A program made the translations under genes and the position numbers. A stretch of DNA of 64,000 nt, taken from assembly GCA_030390025.1 (NCBI GenBank), contig CM059425.1:169696001-169760000 (forward strand). Reading direction: 5' to 3'. Below, piece by piece: positions 50,634 through 62,607 of the stretch. The notes below the pieces were generated by a model that did not search any database, was not told the origin of the DNA, and worked only from the letters and a program-made list of their open reading frames with translations. This stretch comes from Squalus acanthias (Eukaryota). How positions within the stretch are numbered: the stretch's first letter is position 1; each line of letters opens with the position of its first letter.

Positions 50634-52100
50634 GGGGGAGAAATTCCTTACCTTAGCGCCACCCGTTAGCGCAGCATTAAGAAAAGAAAACGGCGGCCGC
50701 CGCTCTTCCGCCAGCTGGTGGCGGGTCGCGCGGTGTCCTCCATTTTGGAAGTCCCGGTGGCGCTGGCATTCCTCAGTAGTGTCCTGGAAAAGAAAATGGC
50801 AGAGTGGTGAGGTCAGCTGGCATGCAACGCCGACTTAATGTCACCACTGCGAACTCCGACCCTAGTGCTGAGTTCAGCGCTGGGTCCTAAGAATGCCAGG
50901 TAAACCTGGCGTGCAAGCAAACTGACAGAGGCGCTGTCAGCACCTCTGAAAGGGACACACACATATTTCAGGTAAGTTTGCATTTAAGCTTTTGGACTTT
51001 TTTTTATTTTATTAAAGTAGAGGTTTGCTGCAATAGGTGTTAAAAGTTTTTTTTAAGTGTGTAGGGAGTGCTGCTGGATGCTTGCAAGGCCTTGGATGGT
51101 AAAGGAAGGCCTCTGAGGAGAGAGCTGTAAATACTCAGCAGGTCAGGCAACATCTGTAGAGCGAGAAACAGAGTTCACGTCTCAGGTTGAGATGCTGCCT
51201 GACCAGCTGAGTATTTCCAGCATTTTATGCTCTCATTTTAGATTTACAGCATCTGCTCGCAGAGGGAAGAGGAAGACACAGAAGAGAAAGAACCAAAAGA
51301 GGAATAAGCCGAAGAGGAGGAAGCAGAAGAGGAGAAGCAGAAGAAGATGAAGTAGAAGGAAGGATGCAACCCAGACAGTCCCTTTCTGGCTAGGATATCC
51401 GGGATGGAATCACCCGCCTGCGGACCCAGTGACCACAACCCCAATTCCCCTTTCAAAATTAGTCCCACACCTTAACCTTCCCTCTGTTACTCACCATCAC
51501 AGCGTCCTCTTGGCCACAATGCTGAAATAAAAGCCACCACAAAGCAAACTTTCCAATTCAACTTTATACGTCTATCCATCCAATATGATATCAAGAAATC
51601 AACTCATCACCCTTATGCATTCCTTTAATGACTGTCTTGTGTGTGCCTTTGCCTATCCTACTGATGTCATGCCGTGCTACCCCAGTGGCTGTAGCATGGC
51701 TGGTGGAAGGCTGCTGACTTTCAGTGGGGGACACTGCAAATGGCCTTGCCGGTCGGCCTTGAGGAGCTGGTGGCTGGGAGTGTCAAATCAATCTTCTTCT
51801 TCTTCTTCTTCATTCTATGCGCCCTCTTCTTGGCCAACCACTGGCTGGGCAGGCTGCATTTCTTGGGTATGTGAAATGAGGAAGGCAAAAGGGTGGAGTT
51901 GTGGTGATGGGAGGGTGGGAAAGCAAGAGGTGCATGCGAGAAGGAGGATAATATATGAGAATACCAGAAACTTGTATCCTTTCAGCCCCACCGCTGGCCA
52001 AGGGCTCAGCCATGCCCCTGCCAAGAATGGCCTGCACCGTCTCCTCCAAGGGGGTGAGGTGAACCTGGCAACCAGTGGGATACTGCCCGTCTTGCACTGA
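50634..52100. mobile_element. Non-autonomous Harbinger family D copy 2 (right part missing)
   Basis: Left TIR GGGGGAGAAATTCC; colinear with the D1 segments. Confidence 0.85.
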
Positions 52101-52519
52101 TTCCTACACCCTTCTTTCTCTGGTCCTCTCATGTGCTATCTCTCTCTTCTCGCTCTGGGCTGAATTTTTACTTTGAAGAGTGTGCGGGTTTGCGAGGGGG
52201 TGGGAAGATAAAAACGCTGTAATTGACAGCACGCCGGGAAGCCGGCTTCAATGCGCCGGCTTCCGCCTTTAACTCGGGCGCGTTAGTCAGCACGCCAGAG
52301 AGCCCCTCGGGAGAGGCAGGTGACTTAATTAAAACAGTTTCGAGCTTGTTAAGAGGTTTTTAACAGCCTTTTTAACCTGATGTTGCAGCTTTTACTGCCT
52401 GTCCACGGGATTCCCGGGCTTGTAGATCCTCGCCAGTGAAAGCAAGGCGAGAGCACAGCCGACAATTGTGGGAGTTGAACAAATGACAGTTAAACAAAAT
52501 CACATAAATACTCACACCT

Positions 52520-53470
52520 CACACCTGCTGGAAGAAGACCTGCTGCCAAGTGGACCTGGTGGACACGCATTACCAGTGGCTGTCAAAGTTACCACTGCCC
52601 TCAACTTCTTCGCCTCAAGCTCCTTCCAGGGATCTGCAGGAGACATTTGCAGGAACTCACAGTTGGCTGCCCACAAATGCATCCCCTAGGTGACCGATGC
52701 CATGTTTGACAAGGCAGGCACTTATGTAGACTTTGCCACTGATGAAGTCAGTCAGACTGTGTGGGCGCTAGGCTTTGCGGCTCTGGCTGGCTTCCCACAG
52801 GTGTAGGGCATCATTGACTGCACACATGTGGCCATCAAGACACCCCCAGATCACCCAGGAGTGTTCATGAACCATAAGGGCTTCCACTCCCTCAATCTGC
52901 AGCTCGTCTGCAACCACAAAAAGATCATCATGCCTGTGTGTGCCAGATTCCCAGGGAGCTGTCATGATTCATTCGTCCTGCACTCGTCCACCCTCCCTCA
53001 GCTCTTCGCACCTCTGACCAGACTTATCGGCTGGCTGTTTGGAGACAAGGGGTATCCACTGAAGACGTGGCTGATGACACCCTTGAGGAGGCCAACCAAT
53101 GAGGCCAAAGCACGCTACAATCAAAGCCAAATGACAACGAGATGTGTAATAGAGCAAGCAATCGTGATGCTGAAGATGCGCTTCAGATGCATGGACAGAT
53201 CTGGAGGTGCCCTTCAATACGCACCAGCCAGGGCTACCAGAATGATAGTGGTATGCTGCGCTCTGCACAACAAAGCGCAGCAGCGAGGATTGGACCTGCA
53301 GGAGCGGCAAGGTGCAGAGCCTCATCAGAGGAGGAGGAGGGTGAGGAGGAAGGGCAGGAGGAACATGAGGAGGATGATGAGGAGGAGAAACCTAAAGTGG
53401 ACATGGCACCAGCAGTGGTGCACATTGCTGCCCAGGAGGCCCAGGATAGCTTCATAATGGCATGATTTAG
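52520..53470 (+). pseudogene. HARBI1-like transposase of element F (5'-deleted, with stops)
   Basis: ALPVAVKVTTALNFFAS, IIDCTHV, GDKGYPL, VIEQAI and [10 protein letters not shown] motifs. Confidence 0.9.
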
Positions 53471-53729
53471 TTAGGTTGCACCAGTGCACCCATATGGCAC
53501 CCAGATGCTGAACCAACTTCCCCCCGGCCACCACCACCATAAAGCAGTCCTAAAATGACCAAACTATTCCTGTCACACACACCCATTGCTCGAGGTTAAG
53601 TCATGTCTTACCATTCACTCCAGCCGACAAAGCCACTTGCCAGACAGCAGGCAAAAATCGACAAGACGGGAAAGTGGTGCAAATAAATAATTTTATGTGG
53701 CTCAAAAATTCAACAGAAATTTAACCATC

Positions 53730-55577
53730 TAACACTTTATAACACACCCATGTGCATACCCTTGTGCATCTACAATTGTGCCATCTTTCCCTTCCTTCAA
53801 CTCCTATGCCGTGCAACCCCTGTGGCTTCAGCAGAGGTAGAGGCAGGCTGCTCAGTTCCCTGCTCTGTCTGTTTAGACACTTTTGGCGAACGTCCTCTGG
53901 GTTTTGGAGCCTGTGAGGGCCCCACCAAAGTCTGCTCCTCCTGCATCTGTGCAGAGGCAGATTCGGCCATCGGAATCTGAGGCAGCATGTGGGACTCTGA
54001 CTGAGGGGGAGGCAATGGGGGTGAAGTGGGAGCGCTTTGAGCAGAGCCCTCACTTCCATGTCCCCTCTCACCATCATCCCTCTCATGGGCCACCTGCACT
54101 TCCCTGCTAGCAAGGAGCTGGAAAGCACCTTGCTGCACATCAGTGGGGTGATGAACGGCCAAGTCTAGGTTTCTATCCATCCTAGATATGGCTGCAATCA
54201 GAGTCTGCAAGCTGTTGTTCACAGTAAGCATGCACTCGTTTGCCGCATTTGATGCTTCATGCAGGTGGCCACCCTTTACATGGACGAACACATCATAGCC
54301 ATGGCCTGTGACATCATGCTGGTCATGTTGGAGATGGACTCCTCCATTCTCCCTACAATCAAGCACATTGCGGCTGGAAAAGCTGCCAGAGCCTCCCGCA
54401 TTTCCTGTTGCTCCTCAAGAAACATCCGCTTCGTCAACGGCCCCTGAGGTTCAGCATCTTCGGCCAGCTGAGAACTGCTTGGAGCATCCTGCGCCCTGAG
54501 ACATGGACTCTCCACTGCTGTCCCTGTCTCCACCATCTACTCTTGCTCACATATAATCTGTAAGATACCAGGTGACAACATTACTTTCTCACTTACTGGA
54601 CCCACCGATATGTGTGTATCTGCGCTAGTGCTTGGTGTGCATGGGTCGTGTGACGGTGCACCCTCAGAGTCCGTGACCTCCTCGGAGGAGTGGTCTTCCT
54701 CCTCTGGCTGGACATGCGGGGGGACACTTGATGGGCCTGTAGGAGAGTAAAGACATGAATTAGAACTGTTATGATAAGAATGTTTTAAGTTACCATTATG
54801 CACGTGATCATATTTCACTGGCTGCTGGCATCAAGTCAACATGAGTGACTGTTGTATGCCATGTGGCTGTATGATATTTAATTCTGTCATCAGGTAGCTG
54901 GGAGGTCCCCCTCTCTCCACCTCCTACCGCCAACGGCTCTGCAATGCGGCTCAGCTCCAGGGCCTCCTCCTCTGCTGAAGTGAGCGGTGTCGTGATTGGA
55001 GGGCCACCTCCAGTTCGCTGCCTCTCCTGTGTGTTCTGTGCGCTCTTCTCCTGCAAGGAGGGAAACAAGAGACCTTTGAGTTAGAGCCATGGAATGAGTG
55101 GAAGGGATGGATGGACAACATCTGTTGAGAGTGACTCTGAGGGAGAGACGTTACATTACATTAAGATGAGGGTGAGTGTCAGTGTTGGATGGTCAGATGG
55201 GGATGCAAGTACAAGCATAGAAAGCGAGGGATGGGTGCACCTGCAAGGTAGGTTGGTTTGAGGAGTGATGTGCAGGAGAACGCTTGGGAAGGCAGAATGA
55301 GAGGGTTGGGGTGACACGCACATCAGGATGTAGGGCAATGTGGCATTGTACTCACCTTTCCTGACCTCATGAGGTCATTAAAGCCTTTCCGGCACTAGAT
55401 CCATGTCCTGTCAACAACACTCCTGCTGCTCACTTCTTCAGCGATCTCCAGCCATGCATTTTTAGTCTGAGCAGCTGGCCTATTCCATCCATCAGCAGGG
55501 AAGAGGATGTCCCTGCGGGCCCTGACTCCTGAGGCTTCACTGAATCTTGGGGCTGCTTTCTGCCTTTGAGTCTGCAT
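53730..55577 (-). pseudogene. Myb/SANT gene of element F (3 exons, decayed)
   Basis: MQTQRQKAAPRFSE...WLEIAEEVS; homologous to the element E gene; stops and frameshifts. Confidence 0.85.
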
Positions 55578-55911
55578 AAATAAGGTTAGAGATTTATCAA
55601 ATTGTTGGATAACAATCAACTCACTTCTCTCACAATCTGTCTTCCACCTCCAGCCTTCAAGTGATATCTGTGCATTGCACCTTTAAATAGCTCAGCTGAA
55701 GTCGAGTCATCCGTGACGTCATCAGACCCGCTTCAGTTAATTGGTCGGGAAGCCCAGTAGTCTGATTCAATTGCAGTGGCTTCATTAAAAAGCCACTGCT
55801 GAATGTGCCTCTCCAACTTCCAGGTTGCCGATGTGATCCACGCACACCCCCGGTGCCATTAACACGCAAAGGTAAAAATTCACCCTCTGTCTCTGTGACA
55901 GAGTGGCTCCA

Positions 55912-58900
55912 TACCCACCCCACACCCCAAACCTACCCGGATACCCACCCCACACCCAAACCTACCCCGATACCCAAAACCACACCCCAAACCTACCCGG
56001 ATACCACCTCACACCCCAAACCTAACCCGATACCCACCCCACACACGAAACCTACCCTGATACCCATCCCCCACCCCAAACCGACGCCGATACCCACACC
56101 ACACCCCTAAATCTACCCCGATAGCCGCCCACAGCCCAAACCTACTCCGATAACCACCCCACACTCCAAACCTACCCTGATACCCACCCCACAGCCCAAA
56201 CCTACCCTGATACCCACCCCACACCCCAAACCTACCCTGATACCCACCCCACACCCCAAACCTACCCCGATACCCATCCCACACCCCAAAACTACCCTGA
56301 TAACCACCCCACACCCCTAAACCAACCGTGATACCCACCCAGACCCCAAACCTACCCTAATACCCACCCCACACCCAAAACCTACCCTGATACCCGCCCC
56401 ACAGCCCAAAACTACTCCGATACCCACCCCACACCCCAAACCTACCCTGATACCCACCCCACACCCCAAACCTACCCCGATACCCGCCCCACACCAAAAA
56501 ACCTACCCGGATACCCACCCCAAACCCCAAACCTACACTGATTCCCACCCCACACCCCAAACCTACCCCGATACCCACCCCACACCGCAAACCTAGCCCG
56601 ACACCCACCCCACACCGTTAAACCTACCCGGATACCCACCCCACACACCAAACCTACCCCGATACACACCCCACACCCCAAACCTACACCGATACCCACC
56701 CCACACCACAAACCTACCCTGAGACCCACCCAACACCCCAAACCTACCCCGATCCCCACCCCACACCCCAAACCTACCCCGATCCCCACCCCACACCCCA
56801 AACCTGCCCGGATACCCACCCCACACCCCAAACCTACCCCGATACCCACCCCACACCCCTAACCTACCCTGATACCCACCCCACACCCCAAACCTACCCG
56901 GATACCCACCCCACACCCCAAACCTACCCGGATACCCACCCCACACCCCAAACCTATCTCGATACCCACCCCACACCCCAAACCTACCCTGATACCCACC
57001 CCACACCTGTAAACCTACCCGGATACCCACCCCACACCCCAAACCTACCCCGATACCCACCCCACACCCCAAACCTACCCCGATAACCACCCCACACCCC
57101 ATACCTACCCTGATACCCACGCCACACCCCAAACCTACCCGGATACCCACCCCACACCCCAAACCAACACCGATACCCACCCCACACCCCAAACCTAACC
57201 TGATACCCACCCCACACCCCAAACCTATCTCGATACCCACCACACACCCCAAACCAGCACCGATACCCACCCCACATCCCAAACCTAACCTGATACTCAC
57301 CCCACACCCCAAACCTAACCTGAGACCCACCTCACACTCTAAACCTAACCCGATACCCACCCCACATCCCAAACCTACCCCGATACCCACACCCCTAAAC
57401 CTAACCCGATACCCACCCCACACCCCAAACCTACCCCGATACCCACCCCACACCCCAAACCTACCCCGATACCCACCCCACACCCCAAACCTACCCTGAT
57501 ACCCACCCCACACCCCAAACCTACCCCGATACCCACCCCACACCCCAAACCTATCCGGATACCCACCTCACCCCAAACCTACCCCGATACCCACCCCACA
57601 CCCCAAACCTACCCTGATACCCACCCCACACCCCAAACCTACCCTGATACCCACCCCACACCCCAAACCTACCCTGATACCCACCCCACACCCCAAACCT
57701 ACCCGGATACCCACCCCACACCCCAAACCTACCCCGATACCCACCCCACACCCCAAACCTACCCTGATACCCGCCCCACACCCCAAACCTACCCAGATAC
57801 CCACCTCACCCCAAACCTACCCTGATACCCACCCCACACCCCAAACCTACCCAGATACCCACCTCACCCCAAACCTACCCGGATACCCACCCCACACCCC
57901 AAACCTACCCAGATACCCACCTCACCCCAAACCTACCCGGATACCCGCCCCACACCCTAACCCTACCCGGATACCCACCCCACACCCCAAACCTACCCGG
58001 ATACCCACCCCACACCCCAAACCTACCCAGATACCCACCCCACACCCCAAATCTACCCCAATACCCGCCCCACACCCCAAACCTACCCCGATACCCACCC
58101 CACACCCCAAACCTACCCGGATACCCACCCCACACCCCAAACCTACCCCAATACCCACCTCACACCCCAAACCTCCCCCGATACCCACCCCACACCCCAA
58201 ACCTATCCAGATACCCACCCCACACCTCAAACCTATCCAGATACCCACCCCACACCATAAACCTACCCGGATACCAACCCCACACCATAAACCTACCCGG
58301 ATACCAACCCCACACCCCAAACCTACCCAGATACCCACCTCACCCCAAACCTACCCGGATACCCGCCCCACACCCCAAACCTACCCGGATACCCACCCCA
58401 CACCCCAAACCTACCCCGATACCCACCCCACACCCCAAACCTACCCGGATACCCACCCCACACCCCAAACCTACCCCAATACCCACCTCACACCCCAAAC
58501 CTCCCCCGATACCCACCCCACACCCCAAACCTATCCAGATACCCACCCCACACCTCAAACCTATCCAGATACCCACCCCACACCATAAACCTACCCGGAT
58601 ACCAACCCCACACCATAAACCTACCCGGATACCAACCCCACACCCCAAAACTACCCTGATACCCACCTCACCCCAAACCTACCCGGATACCCACCCCACA
58701 CCGCAAACCTACCCCGATAACCACCCCACACCCCACACCTACCCCTATAACCACCCCACACCCCAAACCTACCCCGATAACCACCCCACACCCCAAACCT
58801 ACCCTGATACCCACCCCATACCTACCCCGATAACCACCCCACACCCCAAACCTACCCCGATAACCACCCCACACCCCAAACCTACCCTGATACCCACCCC

Positions 58901-59845
58901 ACACCCCACACCTACCCCGATACCCACCCCACACCCCCAAACCTACCCTGATACCCACCTCACACCCTAAACCTACCCCGATAACCACCCCACACCCCAA
59001 ACCTACCCTGATACCCACCCCACACCCCACACCTACCCCGATACCCACCCCACCCCCCAATCCTACACCGATGCCCACCCCACACCCCTAAACCTACCCC
59101 GATACCCATCCCACATCCCAAAACTACCCCGATACGCTCCCCACACCCCAAACCTACCCTAATCCCCACCCAATCCCCCAATCCTACACCGATGCCCACC
59201 CCACACCCCTAAACCTACCCCGATACCCATCCCACATCCCAAAACTACCCCGATATGCTCCCCACACACCCAAACCTACCCTAATACCCACCGCACACAC
59301 CAAACCTACCCTGATACCCACCGCACACCCCCAATCATACGCTGATTCTCACCCCACACCCTTAAACTTACCCCGATACCCATCCCACACCCCTAAACCT
59401 ACCCTGATATCCATTGCACACACCCAAACCTACCCCAATACCCACCGCACACCCCAATCCTACCCCGATACTCACCCCACACACTTAAACCTACCCCGAA
59501 ACCAACCCACCCCCCTAAACCTACCCTGATACCCACCGCACACACACAAACCTACCCCAATACCCACCGCACACACCCAAACCTACCCTGATACCCACCG
59601 CACACCCCCAATCATACGCTGATTCTCACCCCACACCCTTAAACTTACCCCGATACCCATCCCACACCCCTAAACCTACCCTGATACCCATTGCACACAC
59701 CCAAACCTACCCTGATACCCACCGCACACCCCCAATCATACGCTGATACTCACCCCACACCCTTTAACCTACCCTGATACCCACCCCACACCCAAAACTC
59801 ACCCCACAACCCGCAATCCACCCCGATACCCCCACACACCCCGAA
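55912..59845. repeat. 30-bp minisatellite (ACCCACCCCACACCCCAAACCTACCCCGAT)n, ~3.9 kb
   Basis: Direct inspection; degenerate at both edges; higher-order block duplication around 57920-58670. Confidence 0.98.
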
Positions 59846-59877
59846 ACAGATGAATAGTCCCAGTTGCTCGACTCACC

Positions 59878-60330
59878 TCTCAGCCTCAGGGCCCAGTTTC
59901 CCCCCTCAGTCAATCCCCGACCATCCGTTTACCTTTGATGCCAGTTCAGGCTCCAGCTCGTCGTTCACATTCTCATCAAGCTCCCTGTCCAGCTCCGGGA
60001 CGAAGATGCTCGGCAGGTCCCCTGCTCTGAGCCCAGTGCTGGCCAACAGCGGGCGAGCAGAGCGGGGCGGGCGGTGACTCCCAGCTGGGAGTAGAACCCG
60101 CGCCAGGGAAGAAGAAAATGTCAGGGCCCTCTTCCATAAACACTCTAACAGCTTCAACCAACCAAGCACCTTTCATCATCATCGCTGCCGTGTAAGAGGG
60201 CGGAGGCCCGGCTCTGGCTCCCGGTTCCAGTTCTGGCCCAGCCGCAAAGTCGGCAGCCCCTCGAACGGGCTTGGCTGCCACCGCCAGCGGCAACATGATC
60301 TGGGGCCTTTCAGGAGGAGGGGACGGGGCA
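59878..60330 (-). other. Probable first exon of an unidentified host gene
   Basis: Unique CpG-rich sequence; donors AAG|gtaaac (~59932) and GAG|gtgagt (~59878); several ATGs. Confidence 0.5.
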
Positions 60331-60655
60331 GGCGGTCCGAGCGCGCCTCACCCCTTTAAGGGTTTGAAAGAGAATAAAAATCTGCCGGTACAAATTACAG
60401 GTAGTTTCAAGTCCCTCTCCCCCGACATTCAAAATGGCAGGACGCATGCACGGTTTGGAAGAGGATAAAGTCGCTGTATATGACATTTTGTCATTAAACC
60501 GGAACTGCGCAAGCGCAAATAATTTGTCTCCTGCAGTTTCGTTATCAGGAAACGCGACCAGCAGAAGCCATAGGAAAATCATGACTTTTTACAGTTGACT
60601 CACAAGATCGCGAGTTGGGGCAATCTTTATTACAAATCGCATGTCTCGCGTTTAC
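60330..60655. promoter_or_regulatory. CpG-island-type promoter
   Basis: YY1-like CAAAATGGC (60430), ETS-like CCGGAA (60499), NRF1-like TGCGCAAGCGCA (60506-60517), TCGCGA (60608). Confidence 0.55.
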
Positions 60656-60674
60656 ATAGGATTACATAAGATAT

Positions 60675-62607
60675 GAGGTGCCAACCTGAGGAAATCGCAA
60701 CATAGGACTACATACATGCTAAAAAGCGGAAGCAGCATGCTACATACAGAACTAAGCGATCCCACAATCAACGGATCAGATCAAAGTTCTGCAGTCCTGC
60801 CATATCCAGTCATGAATGGTGGTGGACCATTAAACAACTAATGGAAGGAGGAGGCTCCATGAATACCCCATCCTCAATGATGGCGGAGCCCAGAACGTGA
60901 GTGCAAAAGACAAGGCTGAAGCGTTTGCAACCATCTTCAGCCAGAAGTGCCAAGTGGATGATCCATATCGGCCTCCTACTGAGGTCCCCATCATCACAGA
61001 AGCCAGTCTTCAGCCAATTCGATTCACTCCACGTGATATCAAGAAACAGTTGAGCACACTGGATACAGCAAAGGCTGTGGGAACCGACAACATCCTGGCA
61101 GTCGTTTTGAAGACTTGTGCTCCAGAACTAGCTGTGCCTCTAGCCAAGCTGTTCCAGTACAGCTACAACACTGGCATCCATCCGACAATGTGGAAAACTG
61201 CCCAGCTATGTTTTGTCCACAAAAAGCAGGACAAATCCAATCCGTCCAATTACCGCCCCATCAGTCTACTCTCAATCATCAGTGAAGTGATGGAAGGTGT
61301 CATCAACAGTGCTATCAGGTGGCACTTACTCACCAATAATCTGCTCATTGATGCCCAGTTTGGGTTCCGCCAAGACCTCATTACAGCCTTGGTCCAAACA
61401 TGGACAAAGGAGCTGAATTTCAGAGGTGAGGTGAGAGTGACTGCCCTTGACATCAAGGCAGCATTTGACCGAGTGTGGCATCAAGGAGTCCTAGTAAAAC
61501 TGAAGTCAATGGGAATCGGGGGCAAAACTCTCCACTGGCTGGAGTCATACCTAGCACAAAGGAAGATGGTTGTGGTGGTTGAAGGTCAATCATCACAGCC
61601 CCAGGATATCGCTGCAGGAGTTCCTCAGGGCAGTGTCCTAGGCCCAATCATCTTCAGCTGCTTCATCAATGACATTGCCTCCAACATAAGATCAGAAATG
61701 GGGATGTTTGCTGATGACTGCACAGTGTTCAGTGCCATTCCCCAATCCTCAGATAATGAAGCAGTCCATGCCCGCATGCAGCAAGATCTGGACAACGTTC
61801 AGGCTTGGGCTGATAAGTGGCAGGTAACATTCGTGCCACAGAACTGCCAGGCAATGACAATCTTCAACAAGCGAGAGTCTAACCACCGCCCTTGACATTC
61901 AACGGCACTACCATCGCCGACTCCCCCACCATCAACATCCTGGGGGTTACCATTGACCAGAAACTTAACTGGACCAGCCATATAAATACTGTGGCAACAA
62001 GAGCAGGTCAGTGGCTAGGAATTCTGCGGCGAGCGTCTCACCACCTGACCCCCCAAAGCCTTTCCACCATCTACAAGGCATAAGTAAGGAGTGTGATGGA
62101 ATACTCTCCACTTGCCTGGATGAGTGCAGCTCCAACAACACTCAAGAAGCTCGATACCATCCAGGACAAAACAGCCCGCTTGATCGGCACCCCATCCATC
62201 ACCTTAAACATTCACTCCCTCCACCACCGGTGTACCGTGGCTGCAGTGTGTACCATCTACAAGATGCGCTGCAGCAACTCACCAAGGTTTCTTCGGCAGC
62301 ACCTCCCAAACCCGCGACCTCCTTCACCTAAAAGGACAAGGGCAGCAGGCGCATGGGAACACCACCACCTCCAAGTTCCCCTCCAAGTCACACACCATCC
62401 TGACTTGGAAATATATCGCTGATCCTTCATCGTCACTGGGTCAAAATCCTGGAACTCCCTCCCTAACAGCACTGTGGGAATACCTTCACCACATGGACTG
62501 CAGCAGTTCAAGAAGGCGGCTCACTCCACCTTCTCAAGGGCAATTATGGATGGGCAATAAATGCTGGCCTTGCCAGTGACGCCCACATCCCGTGAACGAA
62601 TTTTAAA
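60675..62607 (+). mobile_element. 5'-truncated CR1/L2-group LINE of a distinct family
   Basis: NYRPISLL, LDIKAAFDRV, GVPQGSVLGP and FADD motifs; frameshift and stop; 3' end aaatgctggccttgccagtgacgcccacatccc. Confidence 0.92.

Larger units (their letters stand above)
52157..55885. mobile_element. PIF/Harbinger element F
   Basis: TIRs GGGCTGAATTTTTAC / GTAAAAATTCACCC; TSD TCT (52154-52156, 55886-55888). Confidence 0.92.

Noticed and set aside
55912..59845. CRISPR array, telomeric repeat, or Gly-rich proteins ([10 protein letters not shown] / GLGCGVGI ORFs)
   Set aside because: Contiguous 30-bp units have no unique spacers, no cas genes are present, and the unit is not TTAGGG. The ORFs arise because the unit length is a multiple of 3 and they shift frame at indels.
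59906..60169. Assignment of the first-exon peptide to a known gene
   Set aside because: Only vague recalled similarity; not supportable without a search.
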